Source: Clostridia bacterium (GTDB taxonomy: Bacteria > Bacillota > Clostridia > UMGS1883 > UMGS1540). Taken from it: DNA of 64,000 nucleotides. Where the stretch lies: positions 67,649-131,648 of the forward strand of contig JAFSAU010000008.1 of NCBI GenBank assembly GCA_017442155.1, in the 5' to 3' direction. Positions 1 through 9,602 of this stretch are shown here, piece by piece. Position numbers and translations under genes: made by a program. Each line of letters begins with the position of its first letter. Position 1 is the first letter of the stretch. Below the pieces are notes generated by a model that did not search any database, was not told where the DNA came from, and was given only the letters and a program-made list of their open reading frames with translations.

Positions 1-497
1 GGTATGTACCGAACAACCCCTTTGAGGAAGGCTATGTGAATATGCTGACCTCCATTCACATCCTGGCACAGGAATGTAAACGGCTGGGGCTGAATGTTCT
101 GTTTGAAACCGGTATGGAAGCACCGATTGTACTGCTGCGCCTGATTCAGGATGTGGGCTTTGACAATCTGTATATCAATTATGACCCGGCAAACATCTTT
201 ATTTATGGCTACGGCAATGCGATGGATGCCCTGCGTGTGTTTGGGAAGTATGTACGAAATATACACGGCAAGGACGGCACATTGCCCACGGATCCGCGCG
301 GTCTCGGAAAGGAAACACCGGCGGGACAGGGTATGGTAGATTTCCCGAAGGTATTTGAGATGCTGAAAGAGCTGGGCTATGATCGCTTCATCACCATTGA
401 ACGTGAAATTACGGGCGAACAGCAGACAAAGGATATTCTTATGGCGAAGGAATATTTTGAAGGTCTGCTGAAAAATCTGGGTTATACCATCGAATAG
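1..497 (+). CDS. Sugar phosphate isomerase/epimerase (xylose-isomerase-like TIM barrel), C-terminal part; 5' end lies outside the window
   Basis: The reading frame is open from the window edge, and the first in-frame start candidate is GTG at 36. The C-terminal motifs 'NIHGKDG...FITIEREITGEQ' are typical of AP-endonuclease-2/xylose-isomerase-like TIM proteins. Only a 14-bp gap separates it from the next gene, so it is probably co-transcribed. Confidence 0.6.
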   Translation, partial: YVPNNPFEEGYVNMLTSIHILAQECKRLGLNVLFETGMEAPIVLLRLIQDVGFDNLYINYDPANIFIYGYGNAMDALRVFGKYVRNIHGKDGTLPTDPRGLGKETPAGQGMVDFPKVFEMLKELGYDRFITIEREITGEQQTKDILMAKEYFEGLLKNLGYTIE

Positions 498-511
498 AGG
501 GAGGTATTTAC

Positions 512-3500
512 ATGAAGAAAGTATTTGCACTTTTGCTGGCAGGTATTATGACCCTTACGACTTTTACGGCTTTTGCAGAAGAGGAAGAAGCAAAGCCGAT
601 TATGATTGCCCCCACTGTGGAGCTGAGCGCAGATAGACAAACGGCCTACTCCATTAAGGAGAGACCCAAAAAATCGGCGGACTATAAGGTTGTAAACTTA
701 GAGGCTCCCACAAAAGTGGCCGAAGAAAATGGGAATGTTGAGCATGTACTGAACCCCGGCTTTGAATCTTCGTCCGACACTTTAAACCTGAATTGGGGAC
801 AGGGCGGTCTTGAAGGCGGAAAATGGGGAGAGTCCGGCGGCTTTTTTGAAAAGAAGGATGTGCATGGCGGCAGTATAGCGGCACATACAGTTGCTGCAGA
901 GGGAAAAAATGTGCATTTTCTTCAGAGCCTCGGCAATGTACTCGGTGGGCAGGAATATGAACTGACTGCGTGGGTAAAGAGGGTTTCCGGTTCACCGACA
1001 ATCTCTTTAACCTGCATTTATAGAGACCCTGAGACGCTTATGAGTATGGAATACACAAATCGTGTCAATTTGCAATTCGGGGATGCACCCGGAGGGGTCT
1101 GGACACGTAAAACCATACGTTTTACCCTTCCTGAAGATGTTATCTCCGTAACGCTGATGGCTCGACTTATTGGTGGCGGAGAAGCCTATTGGGATGATTT
1201 TTCATTAGTCGGACCCAGCCGCCCGGCAAAGAAAATGTCCATGCCGGAATATATTGCTCCGACTGCGGATTCCGTAAATCTTCTGAAGGATGCCAGCTTT
1301 GAAGAGGCGGACGATGTAAAGCATATAAAGCATGGAACGGAAGAGGAAGGCTATTGGTTTGACCGTGATGACGATGTACTCCGCGGCTGGTATACCTATT
1401 CTGACGAAGAAGCTCATACCGGTACAAAATCCCTGAAGCTGAACTGTGACAACAACGTTATGCCCTGGGTTGGCCAGGCCATCAAGGTAAAGCCTGAGAC
1501 CACATACCAGCTTTCTATGTGGGTGAAGATTCCGCGTGGCACACAGGAAACCTATCATTTCCAGGGCGACTGCTTTACCTATAGCTCGAAAGCGACAGAG
1601 CCGGACAATTATTTTAAGGACGGACGACGCTCGCTCCATGTGTATCCGGATTTTGATAATAACGAATGGCAACAGGTTGTAACTGTATTTTCAACGCCGA
1701 CTGAAGCTGCTTACTATCACATTATGATTCGTACGGGAGGAAACAGCGTATCTTATTTTGACGATGTAGAGCTGTATGAGCTTTCCGGTCTGAGTAAAAA
1801 AATCAGAACCTTTAGTCCTGATGATGTATTTTATTATTCTGATTATGAGGGGAATGGTTATGCAGACCTGAAAACCTATCTGTCCACATCCGACGAAGAG
1901 CAGAAGGTACGTTTCCGCTTCTATGATGGCGAAAAGGTTTTACTGGAAGAAATTGCAACTGTTTTACCGGATGGAACCCAGCGGTTCAATTATCCCTTAG
2001 AACTTTTATCTGAGAAAAAGAAGGAATACAGACTGGAAGCAATGATGCTCGGCCCGAATGGGGAAGAAACCGAGGATACACTTAGCAGATACATATATAA
2101 GTATGACCGTCCCACAAAGCTGAACGAAGCCATGCAGTTGATTACAAACGGTGACAAGGTGATTCAGAATTATGTGCTTGCACAGGGGACATCTCCTGAA
2201 ATTATGTATCGTATTTCTGAAGTGGGGGCTACGATAGGCCGTGGTATCGGTACGGTCAGAACGGACAGAACGGAAAGACTTGACGTGGCCTGGCAGGCAG
2301 GTATGTACGCCACGACAACCTTATTTAACCACGAAGATATCCGAGACCCGGAGGTATATGCACAGGTTGTAGATACCATAAACCGTGTAAAAGACCATCC
2401 GGCCCATATTGGCTGGTATTTATGGGAGGAACCGAAATTTGCCGGTGACGATATTGACCTGGATGAAAATCTTCGTATCGGCGCAAAGCTGATTCGTGAT
2501 TTAGACCCGGAGCACCCGCTGTTCGGCGTACTTTCCGAGCGTCTCTATTCCCAGGAATTTGGTAAATATTGCGATATTATCGACATGGACCTTTATCCGG
2601 CACAGATTTATGACAACCGTCGCGGCGAGAATGTCGCAAAGGGTATTGCCATGGGACTGGAGGAAAATGACTGGCAGATTCCCATCGGCATTATGACCCA
2701 GGCTTTTGAATGGTTCGATTTCCAACCGACCTGGAACGACCTTCGGAACTATGTCTATGCCTGTATGTTTGAAGGCGCAAACGGGTTTAGCTTCCATACC
2801 TTCGGTAAGGAAACCTCTACTGCGGAAAACGGAACCTGTGTAAAGCCCGGTGATGAAAGATGGAACGGAATGGTGAAGGCGGCAGAATGGGAATATGACT
2901 TTATCTTTGACCACTTTACCAAGATGAAGGCTCCGCTCTTCAATGAAGGAAGAACAGAAGATGTCTGGTGGAGAACGGTTGTGCGGGATGGCGAACTGTA
3001 TGCCATTGCCATCAACATGTGGGAAAATCAGAAATCTACGATTGATATTCCGCTGGTAGACCATACCGGCAAAATCAAGATAAACGGTGCAAAGGCAGAG
3101 CTTGTAGAAGGCGGCGATGCAAAGACGGTGACTATTACTGGTGACACCTTCCATATAGAGCTGGATAATTTCCAGGTTGCTGTTTATAAAATTACCCCGA
3201 ACGAAGCGGTTGACTTTTCTGATGTAAAGGTTACCCGGTTCCGTGATTTGCAGCACCATGTATGGGCAAGGGATGCTATTATTGAAATGGATGAAAAGGG
3301 CATCGTAAACGACCTTTCTTATATTGCCTACGCACCCGGCAGAAACGTTACTCGCGGTGACTTTGCCATGTTCTTAGTGCGTGCCTTAGGGCTTACCGGT
3401 GACGGAACGGAAGCGAACTTTGACGATGTCTCCGCAAGCCGTGAATACGCAAAGGATATTGCCATCGGAAAGGCGGCCGGCATCTTAAATGGCGTCGGAG

Positions 3501-3760
3501 ACAATAAGTTTAATCCGGATGTGGAAATTTCCCGTCAGGATATGATGACGATTATCAGCCGCGGCATGGCACTTTCCGGCGAAAGCGATTTGTCTGCATT
3601 TTCCGATAGCAGTCAGATTGCCGACTACGCACTTTCCCATGTGAAGGCCATGATTGCTTCCGGCCTTGTAAAAGGCAACGCGGACGGTACATTAAATCCG
3701 CTGGGACAAACCACCCGTGCGGAAGCGGCGGTTATCATGCAGCGTATTGTAAATCGATAA
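512..3760 (+). CDS. Secreted multidomain protein: signal peptide, 2x CBM4/9/22-like jelly-roll modules, Fn3-like sandwich, GH-A-like TIM-barrel putative glycoside hydrolase, 3x C-terminal SLH repeats (paralog A1)
   Basis: 1082-aa ORF with an RBS GGGAGG upstream and signal peptide MKKVFALLLAGIMTLTTFTAFA. CBM-type hallmarks are present: 'NPGFE...YELTAWVK...YWDDFSLVG' and 'FEEADD...YQLSMWVKIP...YFDDVELYE'. The central region has 'DHPAHIGWYLWEEP', 'IRDLDPEHP', 'DIIDMDLYP' and 'TQAFEW'. The last ~180 aa are three SLH repeats: '...NVTRGDFAMFLVRALGL', '...ISRQDMMTIISRGM', '...TTRAEAAVIMQRIV'. It is about 75% identical by eye to the protein at 17783-21037. Confidence 0.8.
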   Translation: MKKVFALLLAGIMTLTTFTAFAEEEEAKPIMIAPTVELSADRQTAYSIKERPKKSADYKVVNLEAPTKVAEENGNVEHVLNPGFESSSDTLNLNWGQGGLEGGKWGESGGFFEKKDVHGGSIAAHTVAAEGKNVHFLQSLGNVLGGQEYELTAWVKRVSGSPTISLTCIYRDPETLMSMEYTNRVNLQFGDAPGGVWTRKTIRFTLPEDVISVTLMARLIGGGEAYWDDFSLVGPSRPAKKMSMPEYIAPTADSVNLLKDASFEEADDVKHIKHGTEEEGYWFDRDDDVLRGWYTYSDEEAHTGTKSLKLNCDNNVMPWVGQAIKVKPETTYQLSMWVKIPRGTQETYHFQGDCFTYSSKATEPDNYFKDGRRSLHVYPDFDNNEWQQVVTVFSTPTEAAYYHIMIRTGGNSVSYFDDVELYELSGLSKKIRTFSPDDVFYYSDYEGNGYADLKTYLSTSDEEQKVRFRFYDGEKVLLEEIATVLPDGTQRFNYPLELLSEKKKEYRLEAMMLGPNGEETEDTLSRYIYKYDRPTKLNEAMQLITNGDKVIQNYVLAQGTSPEIMYRISEVGATIGRGIGTVRTDRTERLDVAWQAGMYATTTLFNHEDIRDPEVYAQVVDTINRVKDHPAHIGWYLWEEPKFAGDDIDLDENLRIGAKLIRDLDPEHPLFGVLSERLYSQEFGKYCDIIDMDLYPAQIYDNRRGENVAKGIAMGLEENDWQIPIGIMTQAFEWFDFQPTWNDLRNYVYACMFEGANGFSFHTFGKETSTAENGTCVKPGDERWNGMVKAAEWEYDFIFDHFTKMKAPLFNEGRTEDVWWRTVVRDGELYAIAINMWENQKSTIDIPLVDHTGKIKINGAKAELVEGGDAKTVTITGDTFHIELDNFQVAVYKITPNEAVDFSDVKVTRFRDLQHHVWARDAIIEMDEKGIVNDLSYIAYAPGRNVTRGDFAMFLVRALGLTGDGTEANFDDVSASREYAKDIAIGKAAGILNGVGDNKFNPDVEISRQDMMTIISRGMALSGESDLSAFSDSSQIADYALSHVKAMIASGLVKGNADGTLNPLGQTTRAEAAVIMQRIVNR

Positions 3761-3794
3761 ACCATACAGGACGTAGAAGAAAGGAAAAACGAAA

Positions 3795-6488
3795 ATGAGA
3801 CAAAAACTTTTTGTAATTCCCCTGATTTTTGCTATGCTTTTGGGCTGCATTTGCCCTGTGAGTGCGGCATTTACCGATACGGTGGGTCTGCCGTGCGAGG
3901 CGGCAGTAGAAAAGCTGTCGGCTTTAGGCATCGTGGAAGGTCGTGGAGATGGCGCATTTGCTCCGGATGAAACCCTGACAAGAGCAGAAATGGCTACGAT
4001 TGTACTCCGTCTTCTGAATCTGCAGGCCGGTGAGACAACCCAGATTTTTTCAGACGTGACAGCAGAGCACTGGGCCTTTGCCGCAGTGGGCGCAGCCTAC
4101 AAGGCAGGTATTGTCAACGGCACGAGCGAAACCACCTTTGCGCCCGATGCGGTGGTAACATATCCGCAGGCGGTGAAAATGCTTGTCTGTGCACTCGGCT
4201 ACGGCGTAAAGGCAGAGGCGGCCGGTGGCTATCCCACGGGATACCTGTCTATCGCCGCCCAGATTGGGTTGCTTGATGGCGTAGCGGCTATAGACGGTGC
4301 AATTACCCGTGGCACCATGGCAATGCTGGTTTCCAACGCTGTGGAAGTTGATATTTTAGAGCGTACCAGCTATGGCGATGACTACACCGTAGCAACAGAG
4401 GAGGGTGCGACTGTCCTTTCAGAATATCTCCATATCCAAAAGCACGAAGGAAAGATTACAGCAAACGGCATGATAACTTTGGAAGGCCGTTCTGTCCGTA
4501 AAGGTGAGGTTGCCATGGGCGAAGAAGTGTTTGCCGTGGGAGAAACGACGGCAGATTCTTTCCTGGGCAGAAAAGTCGTCTTGTATGCAAAAGAGGAAAA
4601 CGATGTAAAAACGGCGCTGTATATTGAAGCAAAGAAAAGCTCTGAGAGTCTTACGGTAGATGCATCGGATATTCTGCCGAAATCTACAATGACAAAGCTT
4701 TGCTATGAGGTGGAAAATAAGGAGCATACGGCAGAAATTGCGGCAGATGCCGTCTGGATATATAACGGCAGCAAAAAAACGGATATGACACCGGATAAAC
4801 TGATTTTTGCAACCGGTACAGTCGAACTGATTACCGCAAACGGCACGGTGGCCGACACGGTTATAATTCGTTCCTATCAGAATGTGATTGTAGATAGCAT
4901 ACGGGCAGAAGAACATAAGCTGATCTTTAAAGACAGAAGTATTCCGCTGACAAGTCTTGTACTGGATCCGACAGATTTCTCGTACCGTTTCAGCTTTAAA
5001 AATACAAACGGAACGGATGCGTCAGTAGGAGAATGTGCCGAGTGGGACGTTCTGTCTGTGGCAAGGAGTGAGGATGGCCGTGTAATTGAGGTAATTCGCA
5101 GCACGGAATTTACCGCAGGTAAAGTGGCAGAAATGAGCGCGGATATGCTTGTGATTGGTGAAAACAGCTACGAAATTGCGGCGAATGTAAAAACCAGTAC
5201 CGAACTGAAAAAGCCGGTGCTTGACATGGAAGCAAACTTCCGTCTCGACTTTACCGGCAAGGTCGCAGCGGTGGACAACGAAAACTACCGGAGCACCAAA
5301 TACGGTTGGCTGGTTGGCGGCCAGAAGCTGAAGGGCATCGACGGCAATACACAGCTTAAAATTTTCACCGAGGATGGCATGATGAAGCTGTTTACGGTTT
5401 CCGATAAATGTAAGGTAAATGGCAATCCCTCTGCGGATGTTTTAGGAGAAAGCGTCCTTTACAGCGGCACGGCCGTTATTGAACAGCTGCTCTTATTCCG
5501 TGCAACGGCAGAGGACGAAATTATAGAGATTGAAACAGCTGTGGAAAATTTAGATTTTACTTTGCAGGAGGCAGAACGTGTTGCGAAGTTCTCCAGAGAC
5601 TTTTACAGCGATAGAATCGGTATTATTGGCTATGAATCCAAAATCTTTGCAACAAGGTATATGATTCGTGAAAACAGTAAAATCTTTATCGTTGCGAATC
5701 AGTATACCGGCGACGATAAGCTCTATTCTATAAGAAACTGGGCTGATGTCGGCCATGTGGGTGCAGGCGGAACCTATAACGGTTTGTCTCTGTATGACAT
5801 AGGTGAAGACAATGTCGCCGCTGTTATGGTTTCCCGTGATACGGTCAGTGCGATTCCCACAGGGGACCCGGGCGTCATTACGCATATTACCCAGACGATT
5901 ACAGCAGACGGCGAACCGGTTATGAAGCTGACGCTGGAGAGAAAGAACGATACGGCTACCGTACTTGTAAAGGAAGACCTGGCAGTTTTAATGGAGAACG
6001 TGCTGTCTGACCCGGCAAAAGACCCGGCGGCAATAGAAGGCGTTTTGCCTGCAACTCTGAAGCCTTCCCAGTTGGAGCGTGGTGACGTGGTGCAGTACGA
6101 TATGTCCACGATAACCGGTGAAGCCACGGCGATGCGGGTGCTTTTAAGAAGCGGTTCCCGCCTGGTGGGTGAGCGAGCCAACAATGAGGGCGGCCGGAAT
6201 GCCACCGGCAATTTGGCGGCTGACTCTGATTATATCGGTAGCGTGTATGCTTATGCACAGACGGATAAAGTTTCCGAATACGGTGCCAGAATTTACGTGA
6301 CGCATGAAAAAAGAACAGGACCGGAAACCTACGAACGCATCCGTCACTTTAATGGTCCCAAAATCGTACTGTATGATTCCCGGCGGGATACATTTAAGAC
6401 AATTACGAGTGCAGAAATTTATGAAGGCGATTGGATTTTTGCTTATAAGTTGAACGCCTCGGAGCGGATTATTGTAGTATACAGATAG
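3795..6488 (+). CDS. Large cell-surface protein with signal peptide and N-terminal SLH triplet (S-layer-like; paralog B1), ~700-aa beta-rich C-terminal region of unknown function
   Basis: 897-aa ORF with RBS GAAAGGA. The N-terminus reads 'AFTDTVGLPCEAAVEKLSALGIVEGRGDGAFAPDETLTRAEMATIVLRLLNL', 'FSDVTAEHWAFAAVGAAYKAGIVNGTSETTFAPDAVVTYPQAVKMLVCALGY', then 'AEGGYPTGYLSIAAQIGLLDGV'. This matches the SLH consensus and the architecture of N-terminal-SLH S-layer proteins. It is a paralog of 60551-63259, with shared 'AEGGYPTGYLS' and a C-terminal '...I(V/I)VYR'. Confidence 0.7.
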   Translation: MRQKLFVIPLIFAMLLGCICPVSAAFTDTVGLPCEAAVEKLSALGIVEGRGDGAFAPDETLTRAEMATIVLRLLNLQAGETTQIFSDVTAEHWAFAAVGAAYKAGIVNGTSETTFAPDAVVTYPQAVKMLVCALGYGVKAEAAGGYPTGYLSIAAQIGLLDGVAAIDGAITRGTMAMLVSNAVEVDILERTSYGDDYTVATEEGATVLSEYLHIQKHEGKITANGMITLEGRSVRKGEVAMGEEVFAVGETTADSFLGRKVVLYAKEENDVKTALYIEAKKSSESLTVDASDILPKSTMTKLCYEVENKEHTAEIAADAVWIYNGSKKTDMTPDKLIFATGTVELITANGTVADTVIIRSYQNVIVDSIRAEEHKLIFKDRSIPLTSLVLDPTDFSYRFSFKNTNGTDASVGECAEWDVLSVARSEDGRVIEVIRSTEFTAGKVAEMSADMLVIGENSYEIAANVKTSTELKKPVLDMEANFRLDFTGKVAAVDNENYRSTKYGWLVGGQKLKGIDGNTQLKIFTEDGMMKLFTVSDKCKVNGNPSADVLGESVLYSGTAVIEQLLLFRATAEDEIIEIETAVENLDFTLQEAERVAKFSRDFYSDRIGIIGYESKIFATRYMIRENSKIFIVANQYTGDDKLYSIRNWADVGHVGAGGTYNGLSLYDIGEDNVAAVMVSRDTVSAIPTGDPGVITHITQTITADGEPVMKLTLERKNDTATVLVKEDLAVLMENVLSDPAKDPAAIEGVLPATLKPSQLERGDVVQYDMSTITGEATAMRVLLRSGSRLVGERANNEGGRNATGNLAADSDYIGSVYAYAQTDKVSEYGARIYVTHEKRTGPETYERIRHFNGPKIVLYDSRRDTFKTITSAEIYEGDWIFAYKLNASERIIVVYR

Positions 6489-6501
6489 AAGGAGTGCGTA
6501 G

Positions 6502-9500
6502 ATGAAATTTAGAAAAATCACAGCATTGCTTTGCTCTCTTCTGTTGTTAAACGGCACGGGGGCAGTAGCGGCAGAAACAGCTGCTCCCTATAGCCGGGAG
6601 GAAATCTCGGCACATACCCTTGTGGCCGGAGAAACAGCACAGGAGCTTTTGGTGAATGGCGGTTTCGAGATGTTAGAGGCAGAAACGAAGCTGCAGGTCT
6701 GGGCATTGTCAACCGGTCCGCTTGTGGAAGGCGGTAGCGAGAGGACAGAAGATGCGCACAGCGGAAGCTATGCCCTCCGTCTTTCAGCCGGTGAGGAGGT
6801 GCACCTTACCCAACAGGTGGCAATCAGCCGTCTGAACAGTGGAAAGATATGTGAGCTATCTCTCTGGGCAAAGCCGGAGAAAAAGGGTAGCAGTCTGACG
6901 CTTACGCAGACCTTTGGCATCCGTAATGAGCAGATACAGGATGAGGTGCTTGAAGATGTAAACATCATTTCATTTACAGACGCGGAGGCCGGAAAATGGA
7001 CACAGAAGATACTGCGCTTTACGATTCCCGAACGCATCTCATATACGGCAATAGATATTTCGGTGCAAAAGGACGAAGCGGTGCTTATCGACGATGTATC
7101 CCTTCTTCTGGAGGGGGCACCGCCAAAGGTGGAAAAGCCCACCAAAAAGGAACCGGTTTTAGAAGACTTTGAAATGGTAAAGAACGGCGACTTTGAACAA
7201 GGTACACTTAACTGGGGCGTGGAGCCCGGCCAGTGGAATGATTTTATCAGTATTGTACCCGGCGGCGCGACCGGCAACTGTGTAAAAATCTTCAAAGAAC
7301 CGGAAAATAGTGGAAAAAACCCACAGCTTCTACAGCATATTTCCGGCTTTGAGGAAGGTGCGGAATATCAGATGCATTTTCGGTTAAAATCGCCGGGCGT
7401 TGACAAGCTGGAATCTATATCCTACGGCTTTCGCTGGGGTGTAAACGGCGTGCGCATGGGACATGACAAAACGGGTAACATGGTACTTCTGCAAAATGAT
7501 AACTGGATTGACGTGTATCTGGACAGTGTTTGTCCACCCGGGGCAAACACCTGCATGATTGACTTCCGGCACTTTGCACCGGTCGGTTATTACATGATTG
7601 ACGATGTAAGTGTTTATATGACGAAAAGAGCGCCTTATGCTGAGGTGGAAACGGATGAGATATTCTATTACACCGAATGGAAGAAGGGCGAGGTGACCGT
7701 TCGCGACAGAACAAAGAACGGTGCGCTGAAAAACGGACGTATTGTGCTGGAAATCCGTGACGGCGAAACGGCTGTATTTACGAGCGAAGGCAGTATGACC
7801 GGCGAAGTGAAGAAACTGGAATTCCCTGTGAGTGTTCTGTCAGAAAAAGGAAAGGAATACACGGCCCATACAGCGGTGTATAACGAAACGGGTTCTCTTT
7901 TGGAGGAATACGACAGTGCAATTTACCGCTACGACAGACCTACTTACTTAGGTGCCGACGGTGTGTTCAGAAAGCCGGACCGAAACGGCGTGATGCGAGA
8001 ATATAATGTTGTCATCGGTAACGGCGTAACGAATCCGAGAATCAGTATTGTCGCCCCCTGCGGTGTTACAGTTGTCCAGCTTGTGGGCGGGGCATCCCTG
8101 CCACTGAAGGAACGGTTGGATATGGTCGAAAAGGAAGGCCTTTTAGCGCAGATTGTTCTTTATAGCGGAAAAAAGAGCGGCGGACACCCGGAAATGTTGC
8201 CACATACAATTGATAAGGTCATGGCAGTAAAGGATCATCCTGCTTTGTTTGGTTATAAAATTCAGGATGAACCCATGCAGAAGGGAAATTCGGATGCGGA
8301 GCTGGCACTGGCATACAAGACAATTCGTGACCTCGACCCCAACCATCCGATTTACACGGTAGACTCCGGTGAAGCAAGTTACGAGAGGCTGGGTAAGTTC
8401 TGCGACCTTATGGATATTGATGTATACCCCGGAAAGGGAGCGGATCGCGCCACACTGCTGGGTGAAAAAATTGAGGCGGCTGTTAAAGCGGTCAAGGGTC
8501 GCAAGCCGGTAGGGCTCCTGCAGCAGGCTTTTGAACTTGACGGTACGTTCCCCACAGCCGATGAATTTCGTCACTATGCCTATCAGGCACTGTTATCAGG
8601 TGCATCTTCTTTTGGGTATCATTCCTTCGGGGAATCGACCACACCACTGAGTCCCGAGCATTCCTCGTGGCCGGGGCTTGTGAAGATGGCCGAGTGGGAA
8701 CAAGGATTTATGTTTGATAGCCTTGTAAAGACGAAGAATCCGATGCTGAATGAGGATAAAACAGATGAAGTATGGTGGCGCACCTACGTGCTGGACGGCA
8801 AAATTTATGCCATTGTCTTAAACCGACAGCTGGAGGAAAATACAGCAACGGTGACCCTTACGGGGGTGAACGGCGGCTATGGGGCAGAGGGGTATACCGT
8901 AAAGCGGATTGCAGGCGGTGAAGAAGAAACCGTTGCCGTAAACGGCACCACCTTTACGACAAAGCTTATACCCCAGGCAGCATATCTCTATGAGATAACG
9001 CCGAACACCCCCGTGGATTTCAGCACGCTTCCCACAATGAAATTCCGCGATTTGACAGGATATAATTGGGCACAAAACGCAATTTCGTCCATGGAAAATG
9101 CAGGCGTGGTTACGGGTACAACAGACTATCTGTTTTCGCCCGGCGAAAAAATTACCCGAGGTGATTTTGCGTATTTCCTGATAACCGCCTTGGGACTTAC
9201 GGGAGAGGAGACTACATCCTTTTCGGATGTTCCGTCAGATGCCTATTATGCTAAGGCGATTGCCGCAGGGAAGGCAGTCGGTATTCTAGAGGGTGTCGGA
9301 GACAATCTTTTCGACCCGCATCGGGAAATTTCACGACAGGATATTATGACGATTACGGCCCGCGGTGCAAAGTTGGTAAAAGCACTTGCAGAAAGTGATA
9401 CCGGAGTGCTGGATACCTTTACGGATGCGGGACAGATTGCAGATTATGCACGTCAGAGCGTGGCAGATATGGTAAATGCAGGCCTTATTCTTGGCAACGG

Positions 9501-9591
9501 AGACGGTACCGTAAATCCTTTGGGTTACACAACGAGAGCAGAAGCGGCCGTCATTGCAAGTCGTATTTATAACATGCCTGTTGGTGCATAG
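6502..9591 (+). CDS. Secreted CBM4/9-like x2 + GH-A-like TIM barrel + C-terminal 3x SLH protein (paralog A2)
   Basis: 1029-aa ORF with RBS AAGGAG and signal peptide MKFRKITALLCSLLLLNGTGAVAA. Motifs include 'LLVNGGFE...YELSLWAKPE', 'MVKNGDFEQGTLNWG', 'IYRYDRPTYLGADGVFRKPDRNG', 'DHPALFGYKIQDEP', 'IRDLDPNHPIY', 'DLMDIDVYP', 'LQQAFEL' and 'EVWWRTYV'. Three C-terminal SLH repeats follow. It is very similar to 9603-12716. Confidence 0.8.
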   Translation: MKFRKITALLCSLLLLNGTGAVAAETAAPYSREEISAHTLVAGETAQELLVNGGFEMLEAETKLQVWALSTGPLVEGGSERTEDAHSGSYALRLSAGEEVHLTQQVAISRLNSGKICELSLWAKPEKKGSSLTLTQTFGIRNEQIQDEVLEDVNIISFTDAEAGKWTQKILRFTIPERISYTAIDISVQKDEAVLIDDVSLLLEGAPPKVEKPTKKEPVLEDFEMVKNGDFEQGTLNWGVEPGQWNDFISIVPGGATGNCVKIFKEPENSGKNPQLLQHISGFEEGAEYQMHFRLKSPGVDKLESISYGFRWGVNGVRMGHDKTGNMVLLQNDNWIDVYLDSVCPPGANTCMIDFRHFAPVGYYMIDDVSVYMTKRAPYAEVETDEIFYYTEWKKGEVTVRDRTKNGALKNGRIVLEIRDGETAVFTSEGSMTGEVKKLEFPVSVLSEKGKEYTAHTAVYNETGSLLEEYDSAIYRYDRPTYLGADGVFRKPDRNGVMREYNVVIGNGVTNPRISIVAPCGVTVVQLVGGASLPLKERLDMVEKEGLLAQIVLYSGKKSGGHPEMLPHTIDKVMAVKDHPALFGYKIQDEPMQKGNSDAELALAYKTIRDLDPNHPIYTVDSGEASYERLGKFCDLMDIDVYPGKGADRATLLGEKIEAAVKAVKGRKPVGLLQQAFELDGTFPTADEFRHYAYQALLSGASSFGYHSFGESTTPLSPEHSSWPGLVKMAEWEQGFMFDSLVKTKNPMLNEDKTDEVWWRTYVLDGKIYAIVLNRQLEENTATVTLTGVNGGYGAEGYTVKRIAGGEEETVAVNGTTFTTKLIPQAAYLYEITPNTPVDFSTLPTMKFRDLTGYNWAQNAISSMENAGVVTGTTDYLFSPGEKITRGDFAYFLITALGLTGEETTSFSDVPSDAYYAKAIAAGKAVGILEGVGDNLFDPHREISRQDIMTITARGAKLVKALAESDTGVLDTFTDAGQIADYARQSVADMVNAGLILGNGDGTVNPLGYTTRAEAAVIASRIYNMPVGA

Positions 9592-9602
9592 AAGGGGGAA
9601 AT

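Noticed and set aside
151-339. Small overlapping same-strand ORFs (151-339, 9860-10054, 42745-42969, 43751-44074, 45003-45206, 52291-52479)
   Set aside because: These are alternative frames inside well-supported genes, with no RBS and implausible compositions.
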